NCBI GenBank assembly: GCA_964036045.1 | Contig: OZ038379.1 | Coordinates: 57,350,001-57,414,000, forward strand | DNA from: Eutreptiella sp. 'Long Island Sound 2002' | Taxonomy: Eukaryota; Protista; Euglenida | Length of the DNA stretch: 64,000 bases | Reading direction: 5' to 3' | Program-made: the position numbers and the translations under genes | The notes under the pieces: generated by a model | What the model was told of the DNA's origin: nothing | Seen by the model: the letters and a program-made list of their open reading frames with translations, nothing else | Databases searched by the model: none | Shown: one piece after another, positions 22,810 to 34,400 of the stretch | How positions within the stretch are numbered: the stretch's first letter is position 1 | Layout: every line of letters begins with the position of its first letter

Positions 22810-25368
22810 TTAAGGGTCAATCAATGAAATAAAGGCTGATGGGCTCAAAACGGCGGCGTGCGCTTCAAGGACAGTGCCTGGAATATGACGGCGACAATGT
22901 GCAGGTGACTTGTGGCAGCCTTGGTGGGGCCCCGAGTCCCCACCCAGGAGTACATCTGCGTCGCAATGCCACCTCGTGGACATTGTCCGTTGACCCAACC
23001 CGTGGCAAAACAAACGTATAGGATCTCGATGGCTCTGACCTTGATGCGGCGGTGGCAACGATTTGGAATACAAGGTGTGTGCAATACCATTTGGAAGGTG
23101 AAGATGATGGTGACCCAAAGCGATATGGCATCATACCAGATCAGAATACCACACTGGCAGGCTTGATTCCCAAGCATGATGATTTTGATGGGATTCAGAT
23201 GGACGATCTGCTTGCACTTGCCATTGTTGCCATCAAGGAGCGACCTGAAAAGGGTGAAAAAGGGGATGATGGTCCGAATGGTGCAGATGGGGCACAAGGG
23301 CCCAAGGGTGACAAGGGTGATAAGGGCTGACAAGGGTGGAGATGGTGCGAATGGGGCACAGGGGCCCAAGGGTGACAAGGGTGATAAGGGTGACAAGGGT
23401 GCCAATGGGGCACAGGGGCCCAGAGGTGATAAGGGTGACAAGGGTGCAGATGGTGCAAATGGGGCACAGGGACCCAGGGTGATAAGGGTGAGCCGGGGCC
23501 CCTTGTCCAACATCCACAGTTCGTTTGTGTGACAACTGATGAAACTACAACGGGGCCAATTAAGGGGCCAGGTGATATTGTTGTGGAGACCCCCCGAACG
23601 TTCTACTGCAACGTCAACAATGGGTTGCACTGTCCAAAGTTTCAGCTAAGCCAGCTATCCAAGTATCCAGCTGACGAACAGCACGAAGGTTATTACGTCA
23701 TGTCCGATAAAAGCAACCGAATTACGAAATCCCAAGGGAACCTTGCCTTTTATGGTGACATTGGGTTGAGTGGTTACATTGAAGATGACTATTCAATTGG
23801 CCCACTCAACTTTACGGGAGCTTATCATCAGCGCCGTGAACAACACATACATTCGCATCTAAGGGGGTGTTGTGCGGGGCTGTGCAGCCATCACGATCAA
23901 CGGAGCGTTACCGTTTGTGTCTTTGAGCACAAAGTCCAACGACAAGGCATGCTTTGGTGTGATTTCCGGAGCGGGGGAGGAGGAGGACTATGGTTGCAAG
24001 GAGTGCAGGGGGAGATTTGTGACTGTGTCGCGAAAGGAGGATGGTGATACAAGGGTGTACATCAACTCACTTGGTGAGGGTGCGGTGTGGGTGCTCAACA
24101 CCAACGGATCTTTGCAGTCCGGTGACCATATCACCACCAACGGTATTGTGCCGGGATACGGTCAATGTCATAGCGACGATGTGCTACACAACCACACAGT
24201 AGCCAAGATCACCATGGACTGTGATATCCATCCCAATCTGGTTCCTGTACAGCGTCTTGTCACCAGGGTGGCCACCGTCACTGACTATGTGATGACGCAT
24301 TAGCGCGATGTGGCTAGGATGGTGTACGACACTCTGGCAACCGATGACCGACGGGTTCTGATTGGGCCAGATTGGGTTGAACAATATCAACGTACATCCA
24401 GGACGCGGTTCACCAACCCAGGAGAAGATCACGTGGCCATAAAATGGGAATGAGTGGTGAACGTGATAGACAAGGACGGCCAGATCCTTGCCTTTTATGG
24501 TGACATTGGGTTGAGTGGTTACATTGAAGATGACTATTCAATTGGCCCACTCAACTTTACGGGAGCTTATCATCAGCGCCGTGAACAACACATACATTCG
24601 CATCTCAGGGGGTGTTGTGCGGGGCTGTGTAGCCATCACGATCAACGAAGCGTTACCGGTTGTGTCTTAGAGCACAAAGTCCAACGACAACGCATGCTTT
24701 GGTGTGATTTCCGGAGCGGGGTAGGAGGAGGACTATGGTTGCAAGGAGTGCAGGGGGAGATTTGTGACTGTGTCGCGAAAGGAGGATGGTGATACAAGGG
24801 TGTACATCAACTCACTCGATGAGGGTGCGGTGTGGGTGCTCAACACCAAAGGGTCTTTGCAAGCCGGTGACTATATCACCACCAACGGTATTGTGCCGGG
24901 ATACTGTCAACGTCAAAGCGACGATGTACTACACAACCACATGGTAGCCAAGATCACCATGGACTGTGATATCCATTCCAATCTGGTTCCTGTACAGCGT
25001 CTTGTCACTAGGGTGGCCACCGTCACTGACTATGTAATGACGCAATATCGCGATGTGGCTAGGATGGTGTACGACACTCTCGCCACCCATGACCGACAGG
25101 TTGTGATTGGGCCAGATCGGGTTAAACAATATCAATGTACATCCAGGACGTGGTTCACCAACCGAGGAGAAGGCCGGGTGGCCATAAATTGGGAATGAGT
25201 GGTGAACGTGATAGACAAGGACGGCCACATCTAATGGGAAGATGTACCCGGTGAGTACGAGTATGCGTACGAGCTCCGGTACCTGGATGCTGGCATGCTG
25301 TGGTGGGCACCCCGGAGAATGCCAAATATGTGGCGGCGTTTGTGGGGTGTACATATCACTGTGGATGA
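22810..25368 (+). pseudogene. Viral fibre-like gene: S74-type chaperone, collagen repeats, duplicated NFTG/INSLGEG domain, AAFVGCTYHCG C-terminus
   Basis: VDPTRGKTNV...VQYHL...YGIIPDQ...DLLALAIVAIKE (S74-like); G-X-Y repeats 23245-23490; LNFTG...DKACFGVIS...RVYINSLGEGAVWVLN...HNHTVAKITMDCD; ends AKYVAAFVGCTYHCG-stop at 25368. Confidence 0.7.
23741..25230 (+). repeat. 745-bp tandem duplication within the fibre gene
   Basis: 23741-24485 and 24486-25230 are near-identical and share the same frameshift after NFTGAYHQ. Confidence 0.95.
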
Positions 25369-26689
25369 TAAAATCTACCACAGGCACATGATAGGCAACG
25401 CCGGAAAGCAGGTACCGAATCTTTTTTGTGTAGCCCATCGAATAGATCAGACTCAGTGTGGATTTCCTGCTGTACGGAGTCCAGTATGTGGGAATATCAC
25501 AGTTGGCCAAATGTCCCTAGGGAGGTTGTGGACAGTGTGGGTTTGTCAGTGTCAAATGTCAAATAATATGTGTGACAAAGCAAAATAACCTGTTACGTAA
25601 CCCTACTCCACAACACAACACAGCGTAGCGCGGCACAACACAGCAAACACCAGCGCAACGCGGCACCCCCCCCCCCCCCGCCGCCAAACAGCAAGGCGCA
25701 CCACGGCGGACGTTGGCACACCAGACCACGCAGAATGTATATTTCGCGTAGCAGCTTGTGCATTCACGCTGCATTTCTCCAGGGCCTGCCCCCCAGTCCT
25801 TGTGCGCGGTCCCCATCTACAACGATACAACACCGAAATATGGAGATATCCACGCAGTATCGGACCACAATCTCGCACCGATCGATTGTCTGCACTGCGG
25901 CGAATTGCACACTGGATGGACCGCAGACTGGATCCACTGAAGATGCACCAATGGTACCGCATTGTGCTGCATTGTGCTGATTATGACTGGGCCAGTGGTG
26001 TCAGTTGTCTGGTGTCGTAATAGCCGCTATTCCACGAGTCACCTGACTTTGTTGTGATTGACAGATGGAAAGCATTCGATGGTCTAATTGATGAGCAAAA
26101 TATACTAGTGATATACATGCCTACTCATCTGGCGTCGCATGTAGCTGAGTATATGCGGCGGCATGGAATAACTGATGCCCCAATTCCCCTAAGCAGACGT
26201 GCATCATACAACCTTCACTAAGATGTCGGAGGCTGCCGGTCGTACGCCTTTTCATGCAGCCGGTGGAACACCGAGGGATTTTTTTTGTATTCACTTCTCC
26301 ATTTGGACTAACCATAACCCACAAACGGACCAGAATGCACGATACTTGGACCAGTTCACCTAGCCCACCAAGTCCACTTATTAAGACCACGTCCGCGTTC
26401 CTGCCACAAACCGGTTGTCGATGCGTTAGATGCATGCATGTTCAACGAATGTTGGCTGATGTTGTCCTCCTCCTTTCATGCACACGGATGAGGGTGGTAA
26501 TAATGAGCCGATGAAGAACGAGCAGCAAAGAAAAAAGCCAGCACAGCACCACACAGCAGTACCGGAGTGCAGGACACCACATCAAACCACCATCAAAGAC
26601 ACCAAACAACAGCAAGCAACCCATACCCTGAAATAGGCAACAGCAAGGGGCAGCGGAGCACGGCACAGAGCGACACAACAGAGGCAGGA

Positions 26690-26786
26690 GACCGAAAGGA
26701 GATGGCCCACAAGGTGGTGCCAAAGAACCGTTGGTCCCGTGGCAAGGAGCGATTACATAACGAAAAAGAATAGACACTCAGAAAGT
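26690..26786 (-). ncRNA. SL RNA-like copy (degenerate)
   Basis: The minus strand reads ACTTTCTGAGTGTCTATTCTTTTTCG (one mismatch to the euglenid SL exon), then TTATGT (donor G>T). Flanks are homologous to 38080-38310. Confidence 0.8.
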
Positions 26787-28084
26787 GTACCCTTGGCAGC
26801 GTGTGTGTAGGGTACATATCACATTTTCATTAGCCCCCTTGGTAACCCAAGGTATTGTGGATCATCTTACATGACTCGGTGATCATCAGGTGATCACAAT
26901 CAAATCAGTACGCGATCGCTCAACAACGTAGCAATACACACGGCTTTAGGTCACCGATTGCCCCCCCCCCCCCTGATCGCACACCTCTCAGCGTCTTGCT
27001 TATATATACGTTCCATCATTTCACAGGTAGCCATTGATGTGTTGTTGTTTTCACCGTCTCCACTTGCTTAGTACGAATAAGGGAGGTGTAGCCAACCCCC
27101 ATGGCATCGGACCATCGGGCCCGGGCCAAGGGAGATGAAGCGACCCACTCACCAAGGAGTCGGCAGACCAAAGGGTCCCGCAAACTCTTGGCTCCATTCA
27201 AACGCACAAGCGTCATGCTAAGCTCGAGAATAATGTCTCGAGGGAAAGGCATAACAGGTGCTACACAAGGGAAAAGGGGGTATGGAGTGGGGTTGGCTGT
27301 GGGCACAAAGAAGAGGACTAAGGGTTGGACACCCAACCCTTAGGCAATCGAAGACCCCTACAAACCCATTGGGCAACATTCTACCACATTAAATCGCCTC
27401 AAGACCCTAGCATACGCATGCAATGAACGGCACAAAGACTTTAAAATCTAGAAAAAACTAGGTATTCTCGTTTAACACGTTAAAATTTATTGGTTTAACA
27501 TTTAACACTTTTCGAAAATTAAAATTAAAAATTTAACATATTGGATTTAACGTAGGTCTCTAGGGGACATTTGGCTGTGTGTGTTCTCGGTTTTCTGTGT
27601 ATGCGATCCAATCGTTTTTAGGAGAAGCACACTGATGGACATCGCAACACTAACCAGGGCACATCCTCTTGCGCTTCCTGCACCGTTCATGGTTGGCATT
27701 ACCAGAACAAAAGGCATCCACTTGTACACACAATACCGCTATCCATTGCTCTAGCTTTTGTATTGCACCAATGAGTGGCAGTACCAGTTAGTTTGGCAGT
27801 ATTCCTAGATACGGGGAGTTATCCGTCTCCTCATCCTGCACGTCGGGGGCAACAGGGATAGGTCTGATACAGTGAGAGGAAATCTCTTCTGAACCTCGTG
27901 TGCGCTCACACCTAGCCGTTCTCCACTCGGTAGTACGCCCTTGAAAGATCGTTGGTTGAGCTCTTGATCAAACTCAAATTCAAACAACGAAAGATCACAC
28001 AAGTTCCTTAGCCGTGTGTTTGTGCTGACCGGGTTTGTTCGTAATGTGTTTTAGTCGCATGTCGCAGCTGAGTCCCCATTCCCT

Positions 28085-28791
28085 TCAACGTCCGTGTAGT
28101 AGCCAGTCTCCATAGATACGGAGGTCTTGCTTGTGGACGGATGGGACGGGGTTGATGTTGCACGAGCCATCATCACCGGTTTTGAGCAGGGTTGCAGCTG
28201 GTGCGCTTGGGTAAATCGTGGTATCATTGGTGGTGCCAGAAGGACCAATGACAGGACCCGTGGCCTTCAGGAAAGCTGTGTCAACATCCTCCACGACAAG
28301 TGGATCCGTCGCGCCCTTCCTGGTGGTGCTGGTGACATCCATTGAACTACTGCCGCCAGATTCCGTTGACGCACCGTCGACGGTGAGACCTAGACGGTTG
28401 GCCACCTGATTTGCTGTTCCCGCTGCTCTTGCAATTCCTGCGCTCGTGGCGGTTCTTGCGCTGGTGGCGTGACCTGCGGTTCTCGCACTGGTGGCGTGAC
28501 CTGCGTATCGTGCGTTGGTGGTGTAATCTGCATTCTGCACTCGTGTGATGGTTATGTCCCGTTGACCGTCCAATGCGACACCGTTCATTTTCTTTTGAAA
28601 CTTTAATTTGTCGACGCTCAATGCTTTTGAGACCCGACTAATGTTGATAGACTTCGCAGCGTTGCCATCATACGAAGCCTGAAGCTTCCCATTGACGTTT
28701 ATTTCGAGTTGTGGTTTCACTTTGTCAGCGACCACGGTATTACCATGTAACATTCCGATTGAACCGACATTAGTAATTTGTGCCCCATTCA
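28085..28791 (-). pseudogene. Tail-fibre-like gene, 3' part (continues from 36064)
   Basis: NGAQITNVGS...YDGNAAKSINI...KLKFQKKMNGVALDGQRDITIT matches the phage tail-fibre motif KLxTARxINGVxFDGxxDITI. It joins in frame to GGLNM at 36064. Confidence 0.7.
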
Positions 28792-29339
28792 CAAGTTGCG
28801 CATAGCACCTTTTGTTTTGCCAGGTGGGGGGGGGGGGGGGGGGCAGGAGAAGTAGCGGTGACAGTGACGGCTACAGTGACCGTGACAGTGTGTGTGTCTG
28901 GATATATGCTACCCACGTGCTGCCTTCTCCCACACCGAGCTTGATGTATTTCTAACCTGCCTTAGCCTCACCAGAGGGAATCATGGCTGATGAAGGGGCA
29001 TGGCGCCTTGGGTACGAACGACAGCAAGTGGCACGAACGTGGGCCTTGCTGGCGACGGCGGCCACAGTCATTGGCGTGTTGCGAGACTTGTACGGGGCAG
29101 GGCAGAGCGCCGTAGACTCCGCACAGACTCGCCAGCAGCCAAATACGGCTGGCTACCCACAATGCGACACCGCCTTGCAAGCCCAAACGCTGCCCCCTGA
29201 AGGCCTCGTGGTCATGGTCGTTATCGTAGCGGTCGTCCGGGGCGCACGCCACGACGAGGAGTGCGTGAGCGCGGAGCGCATCGCTTAAGGGACGGCCTCC
29301 ACACACCGCGAGAGGGTCCTTGAGCCACTGGACCCAATC

Positions 29340-31073
29340 GTGACTCGTAGGGCGACTTTGCAGCAGCCAGGACTACCGAGGCGTACGAGGCGCTGCAAAC
29401 TGCGCCGCATCAGAAGACGTCCATTGAGAAAGAGCCGGAGCAGGCGACGCGGGGACGAGGGCCTCAAAACTGTGAGGCGGGTGGAAGATCCAGAAGTGAT
29501 CTCTGGACCGCACCTGCAGGACGTCCACGAGTCCGGGAAGGCATGCTTCAGCAGTGCCTGTGTACCAAGGCAATACATGGGAACCGTGGGCACGGATGAG
29601 GAGAGTGAACGAGGAGTGTCCCACACTGCCGACACGGGGACAGATGACCTGCCCAGGGATGGTGTCCTCGGCTGCCCCACTACCGCTGTTTGGGGGGATA
29701 CCGAGCGCAGTGGCTTGAGTAGCCGCGGAGTAGCGGGTCCTCCCGAAAGGTGGGGTGGGGGAGACCGAGACAGCCAGCAAGGTGGGAAATTGGAACAGGC
29801 AAAATGCCCGCGAGTTCATCTGCCAACAATGCGGGGGACAAGGGCACATGCGGGCACTGGGGCGGCGGACGACGGCATCGAGGACGCTGCAGCACAATAC
29901 CAAAGTGCTGTAGGGGACAGAGAAAAGCCAGAAGCACAGGAGCACCGCTGTATCTTTCTCAACAGGGGGCCGAAAACCATCGCGATCCACCTGCGGACGG
30001 AGCACGCGTTGGTGGACTATGTGCGGGACCAAGTAGCCGCACGGGAAGGCATCGCAACGGAACATCACCGCCTGATGTACGCAGGGCAGTAGCTGACCAG
30101 GGGTGACCTCACCTTAGAGGACTACGGCATGATAGAGAAGAGCATGCTGCATCTACTTGGGAGGGTCAGAGGAGGCACGCCGGAAGCCGGCGGAGACGGC
30201 TCGTCCAGCAGCAAGCGACCTCGCTTGGCATTTGAGGACCCCATGGGCGTTGAGGCAGCGGGACTCGACCCTCTGTATGCATAGTGGAAGGTGTGTCTCG
30301 AGACATTCGCACCAATCGCCACGGCCTTCCTAGCACCGGAGGCCAAGGCAGCAGAACCACTTGGGTACCGAGAGAGGGCTACACCCCAGGGGCTCACTGA
30401 AGCGGGGGTGCAAGAAATGGTGCACAGGGCGGCACCACACAAGCCGGATCACGAAGTGCTGCTAGCGTTGGCGGCATACGCGAAGGCCAAGCCATACAAG
30501 GTGGACCCACTACAGGGGAAGTGGGTCGAGGCGCCGAAACCACCGCAAGGACAGCCGCAAGAACAGCCACAAACAGCGCCAGACGTGGACCCCGTACAAA
30601 AGGCAATTGCGGACCTGGAATCCTCGCTTGCCAAACTCGGTATGCCTAAGATCCCCCTGTGCTCGGAAGAGAAGCTCAAGGCCGTCATTGACAAGGCGAT
30701 GCAAACCGGGATGGAGAGAGATTTGGTCGCGGCACTGCAAGCCTATGGGGCGACACCAATGGCAGGGCCCGAAGATGCGGCCAAAGCAGCAGAAATTATG
30801 CGCGCGGCGGTGTGGACAACCCTGTACCTGACGGCGACCACACGAGCGCAGCAGCCAGCCCCACAGCCCGTACCTATGGCACCTATGGTCCACCAGCAAG
30901 CGATCCCTGCTTTCCATGCAAGCCCCCAGGTGCCACTCCAACAAGTGACACGCGCGCACCCCGGCCCGCCGGGGGCGTGCTTCAGGTGTGGCATGTACGG
31001 GCATTGGTCCAGAGACTGTGCAACGGCGGCCTGCATCCCACAACAGCTCACCACACAAATGCTGCAAGCATAG
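29340..31073 (+). pseudogene. Ubiquitin-like domain fused to CCHC Gag
   Basis: One frame with two TAG stops. EGIATEHHRLMYAGQ*LTRGDLTLEDYGMIEKSMLHLLGRVRGG (Ub-like, 29952-30176) is followed by Gag ending CFRCGMYGHWSRDC. Confidence 0.85.
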
Positions 31074-31335
31074 ACCGCGTAGTGGCCGCAAGCAATGTAG
31101 GTACCACAGGCCACACGGCCCGAGCATCAGTGGCCTCAGCCCCCCCCGCCACACGGGGGGGTTCACACAGGTGGGGGCCCGCCCACTGCTCTCACAGGGT
31201 TGGCGGCACTTGCACTGACCCTGCGTGACCCAGCCCCTTAGGACACAACTGACTGACACTTTGCGGCCCTCACCCAACAACGGCGAGCTGGCGTCCTCTG
31301 GCGGCCCGTTCACCACCACTTCATGCAAGATCATG

Positions 31336-33084
31336 CAACACCTCATGCAGCAGTTGTAGGTCCGCCTTCTTCACGTCTGGCGTCCGCGGCTTGGCCCAGA
31401 CCCAGAGTAGTGCCGTGTGCCACCTGAGGTGCAGCAGGTCCATAACTCTGCGTTCGTGCACTCGGAGCCGGGACAATATTTTACCTGCTGCTGCCCGCAT
31501 GTGCACTAGCAGTGTGTCTCCGCACTTGCCGCAGGCTGTGGGCTCCCCCGGCGGGCTCACCTCTGGCTGTGGACCCTCGACAAACGGCTGCCCCTGGCAC
31601 TTGCATTGGTCTGCTGGTGGTCTTCGGCGCAGGGCCCACCTGGTTCGCATCTGCACGCGCAGTGTGCGGCGTTGCGCCTGCGGGGTGGCGCGTCCCACCG
31701 GTAGTTCTCGCGCTGGCCCCTTGTTGTTGGCAGTGGCGTCGTTGTTCGCGTACTCCATCAGCCTGTACAGCGGGCTCCAATACCCCGTCGTCGCTGTCGT
31801 CGCTGGAGTCCGATATGACGATCGGTATGGGTGCCGTGTCCTTTGCTCTTACGGAGGCCTCACCACCCCTGACTGCCATTGGCCAGATTTCGATTTGTGA
31901 TGTTGCGCGCAGTATGGCCACACCGTGGGGCGACGGCCAGGGCGGCAGAGCACGGAGCTCCCACAACCGTTCGAGTGGGGGCATTGCGTATTCTGCCGCT
32001 TGGCTTTTGCACTTTTACCTCCCCCATCGGGCCGTAACCGCCATGGCTGCCCCCGTGGCAGCCAGTGCCGCTGCCCCCAACCTGCGGAAGGCGTGCCAGG
32101 CCACCGCGTGCCATACCGTGCCCATGAGTGCGACTCGCAGGGTGTGCTGGAGTTCAGTGGTCGAGGCGAACAGTGGGATCCAACCCGGCCTGTGCTGAAC
32201 AATGGCGTGTAGGCGTTTTCTCCACGCCTCACCCCGGTGGCTGAGCCGCGCGGTGATCCACCTACGTTGGGTCTTTTGGTCATAGAAGGCCACTCTCCAA
32301 GGTGTCGCCAGGTCTCCTAGTCGTACTGACGCGGCCTCACTGACGCGCTAGCACACGGCGCTCGCCAAACAAGCCAGCGCGACGACTGCTGTGCCATACG
32401 GTCCCGAGGTGCGTGCGTCCAAGGTCTGCAGTGTGCGCACATTGGCCCAAATTCTCCGCGGTGGTGGATGTGCGTATTCTCGGTTTGCTGCCTTGCATAT
32501 TGCCTAGTGGAGTGGGGTAACCACCGTGTCGATGATACCCAGGGTTTCACACATTTTGACACTTGATACAAGACCACTGGGTGGAGCAGACTGTCGCTCT
32601 TGCGCCGCAAGCATGGTGAGGTGCTCGGCTAGTGCCGAGTGGGTGTCGTGGTCCGCGTACATAAGTGCTGCCCTACCAACCCGTTGTAAGTTGCGGCACC
32701 AGTTTCGTCCGGTGCCTTCTGCAAAGGCTCCGACGGCCAGTGCACCCGGTTCTGTCGCCACGTCCCCTGCTGCGAGTGCGTCCAGGGAGGTGGGCAGACA
32801 GCGCACCCTGGATTGCTGTGCCGATGTTTGCGCCAAGGTCGTCCCCTATGGCTCCCGGCTCCCCCGGTGAGTTCGCGCTACTGCTGGGGTTGGGATTGGG
32901 GCTGTGGTTGGGGTTGGGGTTGCAGTTGGGGTTGTGGTGGCATTCCTTCCTATCGTGCAGGCACGGCTGCCAGCTGTAGTGGTTGCCTTGGCATCTGCTG
33001 CAGGGGTAAGGCGGGGGCCCGGACGCATCATGCTGTCCCCCGTCGTGTGCGCCGTGTAAATGGTGTGGACCCGTGCTTTCATTG
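31336..33084 (-). pseudogene. Zinc finger plus tyrosine recombinase block (antisense)
   Basis: PYPCSRCQGNHYSWQPC; RVSEAAS; FYDQKTQRRW; WHAFRRLGAA; RWGR...AEY. Homologous to 55660-57150. Confidence 0.85.
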
Positions 33085-34400
33085 AGCTGGCTGCAACGCG
33101 CCGACCCAGTCCCACTCGCAATGGCCAAAGGCGCAAGCCTTGCTCACTGCCCTGGAGCATTAGGGCTTGGTGGAGGGCACAGGCGAGACACCCAATGCAT
33201 CCGTTTTTGTCAAGTGGAAGAGCGAGGCTAAGGCCGCCCTTATTCTGAAAATGAAAGCTTTCAACCACACTTGCGCCTACAAGACCCGGCGCTTCAAGTC
33301 TACCCACCCTAGAGGGCCTGGCTGACGTGCTGCGTGCGGTGGGGGGGGTGGGCCACCAAAATTCATCTGGCTAACTGCTACTGGTCAATCCCCCCCCCCC
33401 CCCACCTGACCAGGGCCATCACGTGTAGGCAACAGGTCCTTTGCCATTGTGTGTGTGCCATTCGGGTTCACCAGGCCCCAGGGCTGGTGCAGCACCTCAT
33501 CGCGACAGTGATTGCCCATGTCGACCTAGAGGTGTGGTGGTGGTGCACTACCTGGATGACATCCTGGTAGTTGGGAAGCAGAAGCAAGAGGTCCACAGGG
33601 TGACACACCCTGTCACAGACGCGCTGCGTGAGGCGCGTTTCCTAATTGGGGCTAAGAGTATCCTTACCCCTGTGGCACAGGTCACGTGGATGGGTAAGAC
33701 AGTGCAAGCACCGGCAGGCACAATCCCGCCCAGACTAGTGGCGGTGGCAGATTGCGTGACCAGATGGATCCGCTTGGCGGTGGCGTCAGTAACAAGAGTT
33801 TCTTGAGGAGACTCCTGGGCCGCTTGGTTTGGCTCGGACACCCCGGCAACACGGCAGCCGCATTTTTGAGTGGGGCACGGGCATGGCTACCCTTTTGGCC
33901 ACCCTGGGCGCCCAGGGCACCACCGGACCTTATCAGGGTCATTTTGGAGAGTCTGTGCTGCCCGCTGCGCGGGTGGGTGCCTGCCTGCACCCATCATACG
34001 TTCACAGGCGCAGCCAACCTGTTTGTGGACGCCGCGCAAGGGCCAGGAGGGTACTGAGGGTACTGGGTAGGCATCTGGGACCAAGGAGGACCGTGGATTA
34101 GACGCTGCCCGCGTTGGGTGACCTCGCAGCAGTCAGCTGAGCTCTGTGAAGTCCTCGCGGGGCCCGAGAGGGCTAAAGGACCAGCAAGCCTGTTTGTGAA
34201 TAACAGAGGGGCACTGAGCAATTCACTCTGGGGCAGGGCTGGTATAGCACTGCCAGAGCAGCAACGCATCATAAGGTGACTGGCACACAGACTACGGTGG
34301 TAGGGGGGGGCGGTGCAATTGCACTACGTACCCTCCCCGTTGAACCCCGCGGACCCAGTCTCCCGCTGGTTCAGTGGACAGTCGGCCAACAAGATTGTCG
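33085..34400 (+). pseudogene. DIRS-type reverse transcriptase and RNase H
   Basis: SVFVKWKS...ILKMKAFN; PFG; VVHYLDDILVVG; LFVDAA; PRWVTSQQSAEL; YVPSPLNPADPVSR. Confidence 0.9.

Noticed and set aside
23245-23490. Host collagen gene
   Set aside because: Short G-X-Y run with no evident introns, embedded between viral-type domains.
29952-30176. Host ubiquitin gene
   Set aside because: Too diverged from ubiquitin, in frame with Gag, and inside the retrotransposon repeats.
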